Shown here: positions 17,547-26,184 of the stretch, piece by piece | Layout of the letters: each line of letters begins with the position of its first letter | Position numbering within the stretch: position 1 is the first letter of the stretch | Sequence record: NC_027980.1 | Reading direction: 5' to 3' (one strand) | Origin: Enterobacter phage phiKDA1 | DNA: 43,804 nt | The notes under the pieces: model-generated | What the model saw: the letters and a program-made list of their open reading frames with translations, nothing else | Told to the model about the DNA's origin: nothing | The model's database searches: none | Made by a program: the position numbers and the translations under genes

Positions 17547-18227
17547 ATGCAGAAAGTTTTATGGTCTATGTTTGACGGTTCAGGTTTAGCCGCCCAACCT
17601 TTCGCAGAGGCGGGGTGGTTATGCTATTGCTTTAATGCGGATGCCGCCGACCACGGACCGTATGCGTCTGTACAGGTGCGCCACCCTAACATTACCTACG
17701 TAAACGCATGGGTGGACTCCAGCTTTGATTACCCAGTTAAACCGGATATGATACTGGCATTTCCGCCGTGTACTGATTTAGCAGTCAGCGGAGCGGCACA
17801 TTTTGCGAGTAAAGCTGCTAAGAACCCCACCTTTCAAGAGGAGGCTGTAGCGACGGCAAAAGTAGCAGCAGCACTTGGGGATAAGTACAACGTACCTTAT
17901 ATGATTGAGAACCCTATTAGCGTACTATCAAGTAAGTGGCGTAAGCCGGATTACAGTTTTCACCCGTATGAATATGGCGGGTATTTACCAGAGGATGATG
18001 CACATCCAAACTTCCCTGATTACATTAATCCGAGAGACTCTTATCCTAAGAAGACCTGCCTGTGGACAGGGAATGGGTTCATAATGCCTGAGCGTGCGCC
18101 TGTCTCTGTTGCAGAAGGATATAGTACACAACACAGTAAGCTGGGTGGTAAATCTGCCCGCACTAAATTGATTCGGTCTTTGACCCCGCGTGGCTTTGCT
18201 AAAGCTGTTTGTTTAGCAAACCGATAA
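17547..18227 (+). CDS. Compact DNA (cytosine-5) methyltransferase-like protein, 226 aa
   Basis: Four C5-MTase-like motifs in the correct order: I (MFDGSGL), IV (AFPPCTDLAVSG, the PC dipeptide), VI (MIENPISVL) and a C-terminal motif-X-like RSLTPRGFAKAV. There is no clear QxRxR motif and no large target-recognition domain. The ORF itself is secure. The functional call is tentative. Confidence 0.5.
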   Translation: MQKVLWSMFDGSGLAAQPFAEAGWLCYCFNADAADHGPYASVQVRHPNITYVNAWVDSSFDYPVKPDMILAFPPCTDLAVSGAAHFASKAAKNPTFQEEAVATAKVAAALGDKYNVPYMIENPISVLSSKWRKPDYSFHPYEYGGYLPEDDAHPNFPDYINPRDSYPKKTCLWTGNGFIMPERAPVSVAEGYSTQHSKLGGKSARTKLIRSLTPRGFAKAVCLANR

Positions 18228-18270
18228 TAGTACCCTCAGAAACGTCCAGATTAACGTAGAGGATAGTGAA

Positions 18271-20712
18271 TTGAAAGAGACCTTAGAAGAACGCACAGAG
18301 CGACAGCTCCAGCTAGAGCAGCAGTACCGTACGCGCAGCCTCGAGCGCAGCAAGAGCCTGGTGCAGAAAGCCCTGGACTCTGGTAGCCTCAGCACCCTGC
18401 CGCCAGTGCAACGCATGATTGCGGCTGCATACGACACGGTATGCGCAGGCATCAACAACACTAAGCAGGAGAAGACTGCTGGTGTAGGCGCTAAGTACCG
18501 CGCGTTCCTGCGCTTAATCCCTACAGACGTACTGGCTGTACTGGCGCTGACGAAGTGCTTCGATTCGCTATTCTCTAACGTAGGCACGAACAGTGCCAGC
18601 TCAGCACAGGCTGTGCTGTCCGGCTTAGGCCGTCAGGTTCAGGCTGAGCTGCTGGCTGTGCAGCTTCAGGCTGTAGCCCCGGCGTACATGAACCGAGTGC
18701 ATGAGTACCTGAAGGAACGTAACACTACAAGCCCATCGCATATCCTGAAGACTCTGCGTGCCTCTGCTGAGAACGTGCACTACCAGCACGAGCCTTGGTC
18801 GAACTCGCAGTGTATCTCCGTAGGGAAGCTCTTGATGCAGGCAGTGTGGGATACAGGGCTGTTCGTATGGAGCAAGCGCGACCGCACGCAGTTGCAGTAC
18901 CTAACCCCAGCTCCGGCGCTGGAGCAGGTCCTGTCTGAGCTGGTAGAGCACGCTGATACAGTGCAGCTGAAGCCACCGATGCTTATCCCGCCGCAGCCGC
19001 ACGATACTATGTTCTCTGGCGGATACCTTACGGACATTGATAGACGCGGTACTTACAGCAACTCCCAGATTCAGCGCAGCATGAAGCGCGAAGTAGCTGA
19101 GGCGTTCAAGCAAGCACCGGAGCTTCGGAGCGCTCTGAACCGTGCTCAGGAGGTTCCTTACCGCATTAACAAGACCATGCTGAGGCTGGTGCAGCAGGCG
19201 CGCGCCTTGGGCGTAAGCACAGGTATGCCCAGCAGCAACCCAGCGCCTAAACCAGAGTGGCGCCTGGATGGTGTACCAAAGGAAGAGTACACTGAGCGTG
19301 AGCTTGAGGAGTTCCAGGAGTGGAAGATGCATATGCGCCAGTGGTATGCTGATGAGCGTACTCGCGTAGGGCAGCTGCGTGCTCTGGTTACAACCGTAAG
19401 TATGTGCGAGGAGTTTAAAGATGAAACCGAATTGTACTTCCCGACTTGTGTTGACTGGCGATACCGTCTGTACTTCAAGTCCAGCCTGCACCCCCAAGGT
19501 TCTGATTTGCAGAAGTCTCTACTCTGTTTCGGACGAGCCAAGCCCTTGGGAGCCAGAGGATTGTTTTGGCTCAAGGTACACGTCGCTACTTGCTTTGGTT
19601 ATGACAAAGCCTTATTCGAAGCCCGCGCAGCTTGGGTTGATGATAATCTTGAACTACTTAGAGCCACAGTTGCAGCGCCTTTTGATGCTGAGGCTTTTAA
19701 ATCTGCGGACAGCCCGTGGTGTTTCCTCGCTGCCTGCATCGACCTTGTTAACGCAATCGAATCAGGTAGGCCGGAGCAATATGCATCTGCAATCCCGGTG
19801 GCTATGGACGCCACCAACTCAGGTTCTCAGCACTACAGCGCAATGCTCCGCGACCCAATCGGCGGGCGCTTAACGAACCTGTTTTGGGAAGGTAACGCGG
19901 AGAAAGCGGACATGTACATGGATGTGAAGGAGCGCACGGACTCTAAGGTAATCATGGACCTCACGGACCCTGAGCATGTAGTACAAGCTATGTACTGGCG
20001 AGAGAACCCAATTACTAGGAGTATGTCTAAGAAGCCCTGTATGACCTATGTATATTCTGCGACTGTACGTAGCTGCTCTGAGTACATCCTCTTGGGTGCT
20101 AAAGATGAGGGATATGAGCCTACTGATGAGTACAGCCTGTTTAAGCTCGCAGGGTACTTAGCTCCGCGTATGCGCGCTGCTGTAGAAGAGGCTAACCCTG
20201 CGGCTGCGGAGGCTATGCGCTTTGCTCAGCAGATTACTGGGCGTGTTCCGACTAGACGGCATTTGCAGTGGAAGACACCGCTGGGTGGCTTGGTCATTAA
20301 CCGCTACACAGAGTCTGATGAGTGCAGGGTCAAAGTCCAGAGTATGAACCTGACGTACCTGCTCAGTTACAACCGAAACTACGAGCAGAATAATCGCCGT
20401 AAGGCTAAGTCTGGTATAGCTCCGAACTTCGTGCACTCCCTGGATAGTACGCACCTGATGATGGTCCTGAACGCCTTCGACGGTGCTATCCTGCCTATCC
20501 ACGACTCACTGGCTACGCACGCCTGCGATGTCGATGCAATGCACAAAGTAATCCGCGAACAGTTCCTGAAGCTGTACACCGAGCACGACCCGTTGCAGAC
20601 ACTGGCTGACGCAGCAGTGGAGTGCGGGGCTGACCTGGAAGGTCTAGAGATGCCGCAGAAGGGTACTTTGGACTTAACGCAAGTACTTGAATCGCCCTTC
20701 TTTTTCTGCTAG
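18271..20712 (+). CDS. Single-subunit DNA-dependent RNA polymerase (T7-like)
   Basis: Motif A DATNSGSQHYSAML and motif C PIHDSLATHA. 813 aa. TTG start with a GAGGA SD. Lies immediately before the structural genes, the phiKMV-type position. Confidence 0.9.
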   Translation: MKETLEERTERQLQLEQQYRTRSLERSKSLVQKALDSGSLSTLPPVQRMIAAAYDTVCAGINNTKQEKTAGVGAKYRAFLRLIPTDVLAVLALTKCFDSLFSNVGTNSASSAQAVLSGLGRQVQAELLAVQLQAVAPAYMNRVHEYLKERNTTSPSHILKTLRASAENVHYQHEPWSNSQCISVGKLLMQAVWDTGLFVWSKRDRTQLQYLTPAPALEQVLSELVEHADTVQLKPPMLIPPQPHDTMFSGGYLTDIDRRGTYSNSQIQRSMKREVAEAFKQAPELRSALNRAQEVPYRINKTMLRLVQQARALGVSTGMPSSNPAPKPEWRLDGVPKEEYTERELEEFQEWKMHMRQWYADERTRVGQLRALVTTVSMCEEFKDETELYFPTCVDWRYRLYFKSSLHPQGSDLQKSLLCFGRAKPLGARGLFWLKVHVATCFGYDKALFEARAAWVDDNLELLRATVAAPFDAEAFKSADSPWCFLAACIDLVNAIESGRPEQYASAIPVAMDATNSGSQHYSAMLRDPIGGRLTNLFWEGNAEKADMYMDVKERTDSKVIMDLTDPEHVVQAMYWRENPITRSMSKKPCMTYVYSATVRSCSEYILLGAKDEGYEPTDEYSLFKLAGYLAPRMRAAVEEANPAAAEAMRFAQQITGRVPTRRHLQWKTPLGGLVINRYTESDECRVKVQSMNLTYLLSYNRNYEQNNRRKAKSGIAPNFVHSLDSTHLMMVLNAFDGAILPIHDSLATHACDVDAMHKVIREQFLKLYTEHDPLQTLADAAVECGADLEGLEMPQKGTLDLTQVLESPFFFC

Positions 20713-20738
20713 CAGTTTCATATGAAAGGGTTTTAGCG

Positions 20739-20752
20739 ATAGAGGTTGCACG
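20739..20752 (+). promoter_or_regulatory. Conserved 14-mer ATAGAGGTTGCACG, copy 3 of 3, in the RNAP-to-late-gene intergenic region
   Basis: Exact copy about 360 bp upstream of the first late gene. Confidence 0.35.
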
Positions 20753-20962
20753 TATAGAAGAAGACAGATAAGGCATAAAACCAATAGGTACTAAGATACC
20801 TCAAATAATAAACAGTCTCAGGTAAGCAGTAAGGGTATAAGATAGCGGTTGGGCTAGCGCAACACAGTGTATCCAGTTACGGGGATGCTGTGCCATGCTG
20901 CGCCTGTATCCGCTTGGGGAACCCTAAGCAAGCGCCGGGATAGTCACCTTCTTCCGTCTTGC

Positions 20963-21022
20963 CTGAGTATTGCTAGCAACAAGGTGCAGTGGTAACTACA
21001 CGGCCTTGTATGCAATACTCAG
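20963..21022 (+). other. Long imperfect hairpin with an 11-bp outer stem (CTGAGTATTGC/GCAATACTCAG) and a 6-bp inner stem
   Basis: Inverted repeats read directly from the sequence. It lies in a roughly 390-bp non-coding region next to an AT-rich stretch (20760-20830). Confidence 0.5.
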
Positions 21023-21098
21023 CTAAGATGCGCTAAGACCCTTTGGTTACTCCACGAGCAGTAGAAACCACACGTATAGAACAAGGGGCAAGAGAAGC

Positions 21099-21524
21099 AT
21101 GAGCCAAACAAAGAAAACACTATATAATACTAGACTCTATAACTGGAATAACTCTAGTGATTATATAATTAATTTAGCTAAGGAGTTCCATATCTATGGT
21201 ATAGGTATGAAACTAGGTATGCCTGAGGAAGAACACTTCCAGAAGGTAGTGCAGGAACTACAAGGTGATTCTGTATTAGCTGTATTCAGCGGGGATGTAC
21301 CTGTAGGTGTAGTTTCTCTTAGTCCTACATTGTTCCAAAATAGCCATTATCCAGGGAAAGCTATGCTTACCGGATTCATAGTGGTGGAGTCTGGCTACAG
21401 TAAGGCCGGAGCTATGCTAATGCGCGACGCTAAACGCATCGCTAAAGAGAACGGTGCGGATTGGCTTATCGTGACTCGCGCTGTAAACGATACGGATTAT
21501 CTTCAAAGAGGATGGAAGTTATAA
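21099..21524 (+). CDS. GNAT-like acetyltransferase (tentative), 141 aa, AT-rich gene
   Basis: The stretch VGVVSL...GFIVVESGYSKAGAMLMRDAKRIAKENGADWLIV resembles the GNAT core. The local GC is visibly lower than the surrounding DNA. Confidence 0.45.
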   Translation: MSQTKKTLYNTRLYNWNNSSDYIINLAKEFHIYGIGMKLGMPEEEHFQKVVQELQGDSVLAVFSGDVPVGVVSLSPTLFQNSHYPGKAMLTGFIVVESGYSKAGAMLMRDAKRIAKENGADWLIVTRAVNDTDYLQRGWKL

Positions 21525-21784
21525 TGGGCGGACTCAAAAAAGGTTTAAGCTCTATCACTGACATGGTAGGGTTAACGGATACAAAATCTCTGGAGGCGCA
21601 GCAGCGCCAGTACGAGGAGCAGCAGAAGCAGCTTGCAGCACAAGCTCAGCTAGACGCTGATGCCTCAGCAGAGAATATTAATACAGTAGACTCAGGTGGT
21701 GCAGCGCGGGCTTCGGCTAGCGATATCACTGCATCACAGAAGAAACGCAGAGCGGGGGCGGTATCCACAGCGCTCGGCATTTAA
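21524..21784 (+). CDS. Hypothetical protein, 86 aa, Q/A-rich
   Basis: Internal ATG of the track ORF, with a GGATGGAAG SD. Directly follows the previous gene. Confidence 0.55.
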   Translation: MGGLKKGLSSITDMVGLTDTKSLEAQQRQYEEQQKQLAAQAQLDADASAENINTVDSGGAARASASDITASQKKRRAGAVSTALGI

Positions 21785-21793
21785 GGAGCTAAG

Positions 21794-23362
21794 ATGCGTG
21801 GAACCAAAGAACCTTTAGCGGGGCTGTTCACTAAGTTGCAGGACAGCTCCTGCTTGACCGCTGCCGAAACCTTCGCGGAGTGGTCGCTCCCGACAGTCTT
21901 CACCAAGGACCTGTCCGGTATGGACGGTAAGCGCTCAGCGCTGCACCGGGACTACCAGAGCCTCGGCGCTATCCTGATTAACACCGCCAGTACCAAAGTG
22001 GTCAAATCGCTGTTCCCTCAAGGGGCCCCGTTCTTCCGCTTCGTAGACAGCGAGGAGCTGGCTGGCGTAGTTGGTGAGTTGGGTATTCAGGGAGAAGTGC
22101 CGAGCGTACAGGCAGAGATTGAGCTGGCTGCGTCGGCACAGGTCTACAAAGACGAGGAGTACGCTGCGAAGCTGCACGCTACGAAGCTTCTGATGGTTAC
22201 AGGGAATGCCCTGGAATACCGGGATAAGCAGCGTCAGCGCTCTCATATCTACAGCATCCGAGACTACGCGGTTAAGCGTAATGGTTCCGGCGATGTAATG
22301 CTGATTGTCCTGAAGGAGCGTATCTGCGTTGGGGACTTACCCGACGAGTACCGTATCCAGTACGACAACAAAGCCGATTACGAGGACCTGGAGCTGTACA
22401 CTGGTGTATGCCGCGAGGTGCGAGCAGGCGGTGCAGTAGTCTACAAGGTGTACCAGGAGGTTGATAATAAACCTGTTGGGGAGCCTAGCTACTACCCAGA
22501 GAAGCAGTGCCCGTACACAGTACTGGTCTGGAACCGCGTTAACTCTGAGCACTATGGTCGCGGCTTGGTTGAGGACTATGCTGGCGAGTTCGCCAGATTA
22601 TCCGAGCTGAGTAAAGCCCTGACACTGTACGAAGTCGAGGCTATGCGTTTCGTGAACATGTCTAACTCTGCATCCGGTGTAGATATTGATGCGTTCAACG
22701 AAGCTGCGGTCGGGGATATCATCCAGACGAATGCCCCTGCTGGTACTACTGGTCCAGGGGTGTGGGCCTACGAGGGTGGTGTCTACCAGAAGATTCAGGT
22801 CATGCAGGCTGAGATTGCCAGCATTGAGCAGCGGCTTGCTAGAGCGTTCATGTACGGCGGGAATATGCGCCAGGCAGAGCGTGTCACGGCGTATGAGATT
22901 CGTCAGAATGCTCAGGAGGCGCAGGAGGCTCTGGGGGATGCGTACAGTCAGCTAAGCAGTGTATGGCTTACTAAGCTGGCGTACCTGTACTGCCTGGAGC
23001 TGTATCCGCAGATGCAGCCTCTGTTGGACCTGCAAGCTATGACGCTGAATGTCATAGTAGGTACAGCAGCCTTGGCTAAGGCAGCTCAGAATGACCGTCT
23101 ACTGGAAGCTACGCAGTCCTTGCAGTTGATTGCGCCAGTGCTCTCGCAGCTTACTAAGCGCACCAACATGGATGCTTTGATTGACACTGTATTTGATAGC
23201 TTCGGCATTAACAGCAGCAGCTTCTTCTACACGGAAGAGCAGCTCAAGCAATTGCAAGAGCAGGAAGATACGCGAGCAGCTCAAGCAGCGCAGCAGCAGC
23301 AACAGGCTCTCCAAGCCGCCGACCCCAATCAAACGGCTCAGCAACTAGGCTTAATCGCATAA
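21794..23362 (+). CDS. Head-tail connector (portal) protein
   Basis: 522 aa, first large gene of the late block, AAGGAG SD. Size and position match T7 gp8. Confidence 0.85.
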   Translation: MRGTKEPLAGLFTKLQDSSCLTAAETFAEWSLPTVFTKDLSGMDGKRSALHRDYQSLGAILINTASTKVVKSLFPQGAPFFRFVDSEELAGVVGELGIQGEVPSVQAEIELAASAQVYKDEEYAAKLHATKLLMVTGNALEYRDKQRQRSHIYSIRDYAVKRNGSGDVMLIVLKERICVGDLPDEYRIQYDNKADYEDLELYTGVCREVRAGGAVVYKVYQEVDNKPVGEPSYYPEKQCPYTVLVWNRVNSEHYGRGLVEDYAGEFARLSELSKALTLYEVEAMRFVNMSNSASGVDIDAFNEAAVGDIIQTNAPAGTTGPGVWAYEGGVYQKIQVMQAEIASIEQRLARAFMYGGNMRQAERVTAYEIRQNAQEAQEALGDAYSQLSSVWLTKLAYLYCLELYPQMQPLLDLQAMTLNVIVGTAALAKAAQNDRLLEATQSLQLIAPVLSQLTKRTNMDALIDTVFDSFGINSSSFFYTEEQLKQLQEQEDTRAAQAAQQQQQALQAADPNQTAQQLGLIA

Positions 23363-23377
23363 TAGAACGAGGTTAAT

Positions 23378-24235
23378 GTGACAGACACTACTACCGCCGC
23401 AGCAGCGGCACCAGAGACAACGGTACTAGAGAACGTAGGTGGCCCTAAGATTCCTGGCGGTCCTGGCGGTCCTAAAGCCCCGAACATGCAGGGCGTACCG
23501 CAGGAACAAGCAGCTACGGCAGCAGCCCCAACACCGGGTGCCGAGCCTCCCGCCTTTGATGTGGAGGCGTTAGCTGCGGCTCTGGCTAAGCACGGTAAGC
23601 CTGAAGCAGCAGAGCCTCAAGCAGAAGCTCAAACAGAACTCGCAGAAACAGGGAACCCGGCTATCGATGCTGGTATCGCCATGTTGAAGCAGGTGTCAAA
23701 GCTCAATGATGCGGACATGGTTCGCGCTATTGGGAAAGCAGTGGAGTATAACGACCCGAATCTCATTGACTCGGCCTTCATCAAAGAGCGCTTTGGTGAG
23801 CACGCACAGTACGCTGAGCTGCTTGCAAAGGCATACCTCGATGATCAGATAGGCCAGGCTCAGCGGGCGGTTACAGCGGCGTACGACCTCGTAGGCGGCA
23901 AGGAGAACTGGGAAACAGCATCGCAACTGTTCAACGCGAAAGCGCCTGAGCATGTACGCGCTGCTGCCCGTGCCCTTGCTAACTCTGGGGATGTAACTGG
24001 CGCTGCTAAACTGGTTGTTGAGACTGTACAAGGTCTGGGTTTAATCGCTAAGGAAGCTGGTATCCTCAAGGGGGGTGCTGCTCTGGACGGTGCATTGTCC
24101 GCAGCAGACTTCTCTAAAGAGTACCAAGCACTTCGCAAAGAGGCCGGGAATCGTAGCTTAGAATCTCCTAAGTTCTCCCAGCGCTATCAGAATCTGTTAT
24201 CACGCCGACAAGCTGGAAAGGCCAAGGGTGTATAA
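23378..24235 (+). CDS. Scaffolding protein
   Basis: Acidic, Ala/Glu-rich 285-aa protein between the portal and capsid genes. GTG start with a GAGG SD. Confidence 0.7.
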   Translation: MTDTTTAAAAAPETTVLENVGGPKIPGGPGGPKAPNMQGVPQEQAATAAAPTPGAEPPAFDVEALAAALAKHGKPEAAEPQAEAQTELAETGNPAIDAGIAMLKQVSKLNDADMVRAIGKAVEYNDPNLIDSAFIKERFGEHAQYAELLAKAYLDDQIGQAQRAVTAAYDLVGGKENWETASQLFNAKAPEHVRAAARALANSGDVTGAAKLVVETVQGLGLIAKEAGILKGGAALDGALSAADFSKEYQALRKEAGNRSLESPKFSQRYQNLLSRRQAGKAKGV

Positions 24236-24241
24236 TTATCT

Positions 24242-24718
24242 GTGGAGATTAATCTCATGCAAGCACTTATCGAACGTTTAGAGTATCAGCCGGACGGGCG
24301 TCTGATTAATAAGGCTACATCAGACTATGCAGACAAGTACACAAACAACTGGGGCTATCGCCGCGTATCGTGGGATAGAGGAAACCTGGGGCGAGTACGA
24401 GAGTACGCGCATCGTTTGGTGTGGGTTATGCATAACGGGGACATCCCCGATGGTATGATGGTGGATCATATTAATTTGGACAAGTCCGACAACCGCATTG
24501 AGAATCTGCGCCTGGTTAATAAATCAGGGAATGCGCAGAATGTTAAGCGGAAGGGCTACTGGCTTGATAAGCGCTCCGGTAAATGGCGTGCTCAGATTAA
24601 AATCGATGGTAAGACTATTGGGCTAGGATTGCACGAGACAGAGTCTCTGGCTAGACAAGTCTACTTAAACGCAAAGCGTGAGCTGCATGAGTTCGCGTCT
24701 GAAACTGTACTTAAATAA
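24242..24718 (+). CDS. HNH-AP2 homing endonuclease, copy 3
   Basis: Motif AHRLVWVMHNGDIPDGMMVDHINLDKSDNRIENLRLV. Paralogous to copies 2 and 4. Inserted between the scaffold and capsid genes. Confidence 0.8.
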   Translation: MEINLMQALIERLEYQPDGRLINKATSDYADKYTNNWGYRRVSWDRGNLGRVREYAHRLVWVMHNGDIPDGMMVDHINLDKSDNRIENLRLVNKSGNAQNVKRKGYWLDKRSGKWRAQIKIDGKTIGLGLHETESLARQVYLNAKRELHEFASETVLK

Positions 24719-24729
24719 GGAACTAAAAC

Positions 24730-25725
24730 ATGGCCAACACAGCATATGCTGGTAACTTAACTAAGCCCCACTGGGGCGGCGCTGCCTCTGACGTAGATAT
24801 CCATCTTGAGGTCTACCAGAACGAGGTCGATACACGTTTCCAGTATCAGGCTATCTTCCTGGGACTGTCTACCCAGCGTTCTACCGCTGACCGCTCTAAC
24901 ACGTATCGTATTGACCGTCTGAACACCAGCACCGTCAAGGGTCGTACTTCTGGCGTAGCGCTGGACCCAACCCCAGTACGTAACGACAAGATGATTATCG
25001 TTGTCGATACCGTGCTGTACATCCGTAACCCTATCGACTACCAGGACGATTGGACTGCGCCGGACTTCCTGACCGAGATGGGTCAGAACAACGGCTCTGA
25101 GTTCGCAGAGACCTTCGACCAGGCGCACCTGATTCAGCTCATCAAGGGCCGCTCTTGGGTTGCCCCTGCGCACCTTAAGCCTGCGTTCAACGACGGTATC
25201 GAGATTCCTGTTACTGTAGACGCTACCCCTGCTGACCAGGCTGCTCGTGAAGCTAACGCCGAGGCTATTAACCTCGCGCATAAAGCTGGTATTGACGAGC
25301 TGATTAAGCGTAAGGTTCCGCTGATGGATATGGTTACTCTGGTTGACGTAGATACCTACTCTATGCTGCTGGAGCATCCGAAGCTGTTCGACCGTGAATT
25401 CGGTATGACCAACGATGATGGTTACAAGAACCGCCGCGTAGTTAAGATGAACGGTATTCCGGTTGTAGAGTGCACTGAGTTCCCTACTACCGCTGGTGCG
25501 CACCCACTGGGTTCTGCGTTCACTGTAACTGCGGACGACGCTAACTGCCGTATGGTTACGTTCAGCAAGAGCAAGACCCTGGTAACTGTCGAAGCTAAGC
25601 CATTCACCTCCCGTATCTGGGATGATGAGCTGAACTTCGCGAACGTACTGGACTGCTACGCTATGTACACCGTTGGTGAGCGTCGTCCTGACACTGCCGC
25701 TGTAGTTAAATTCACCTTCTCTTAA
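24730..25725 (+). CDS. Major capsid protein
   Basis: 331 aa with highly biased codons. Position and size match T7 gp10A. Followed by a strong terminator. Confidence 0.85.
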   Translation: MANTAYAGNLTKPHWGGAASDVDIHLEVYQNEVDTRFQYQAIFLGLSTQRSTADRSNTYRIDRLNTSTVKGRTSGVALDPTPVRNDKMIIVVDTVLYIRNPIDYQDDWTAPDFLTEMGQNNGSEFAETFDQAHLIQLIKGRSWVAPAHLKPAFNDGIEIPVTVDATPADQAAREANAEAINLAHKAGIDELIKRKVPLMDMVTLVDVDTYSMLLEHPKLFDREFGMTNDDGYKNRRVVKMNGIPVVECTEFPTTAGAHPLGSAFTVTADDANCRMVTFSKSKTLVTVEAKPFTSRIWDDELNFANVLDCYAMYTVGERRPDTAAVVKFTFS

Positions 25726-25736
25726 TAGGGGCTAAG

Positions 25737-25955
25737 ATGGCTGTTCTAGCTAGTTTCAGCAGCCGCCCTAGCACTAAGCGCCAGCAAGCTCTGTTGGCGC
25801 TACCTAAGATTGAGGTAGCTCTGAAGCGCCTTAGTCCTGAGGCGACTACAGAGGAAGTGCTGGCTGCGGTGCAAGAGCTGTTAAGTAAGGAGCTGGGTGC
25901 TGAGGTTGCACCTGTTCAAAAGAAAGCTAAGAAGGCTGCTAAAGCCTCAGAATAA
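25737..25955 (+). CDS. Small Lys-rich protein, 72 aa, downstream of the capsid gene and in its -1 frame
   Basis: ORF with an AGGGG SD. Its frame is open from 25710, overlapping the last 5 capsid codons. Confidence 0.5.
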   Translation: MAVLASFSSRPSTKRQQALLALPKIEVALKRLSPEATTEEVLAAVQELLSKELGAEVAPVQKKAKKAAKASE

Positions 25956-25961
25956 GCATAG

Positions 25962-26000
25962 GCCCCGTGCTTCCTTAACTGGAGGTACGGGGCTTTTTTC
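25962..26000 (+). terminator. Strong rho-independent terminator after the capsid gene (T-phi analog)
   Basis: GC-rich stem GCCCCGTGCTTCC/GGAGGTACGGGGC (13 bp with 2 mismatches) followed by TTTTTT. Confidence 0.8.
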
Positions 26001-26184
26001 GTTTCTGGACCTCAGAAACTACAACAGGTAAGAGCATTGACTACACCAGATAAATCCTCGGATGTAATGGTAAAACCATGCAGTGCTCTTTCCGTTGTGG
26101 TCTATATGGTGCTAATAGGGCGATAAGTCTACGGACGAAGCATATACCCACCACAACCCCTTTAATCAAACAGGAGATACCCTA

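Noticed and set aside
21113-21127. Third occurrence of AACACTATA (SP6/K11-promoter-like ACACTATA core) as a phage promoter.
   Set aside because: It falls inside the N-terminal codons of the GNAT-like ORF. A single extra 9-mer match is within chance expectation. Kept only as a weak note.
24757-25503. Long minus-strand ORFs antisense to well-supported + strand genes. They are 248 aa at 24757-25503 (antisense to the capsid gene), 256 aa at 34949-35719, 198 aa at 18901-19497 and 159 aa at 32926-33405.
   Set aside because: They lie entirely inside strongly supported + strand genes (capsid, RNAP, gp16-like) in a genome where every credible gene is co-oriented. They lack SDs. Long antisense ORFs are expected in GC-rich coding DNA.
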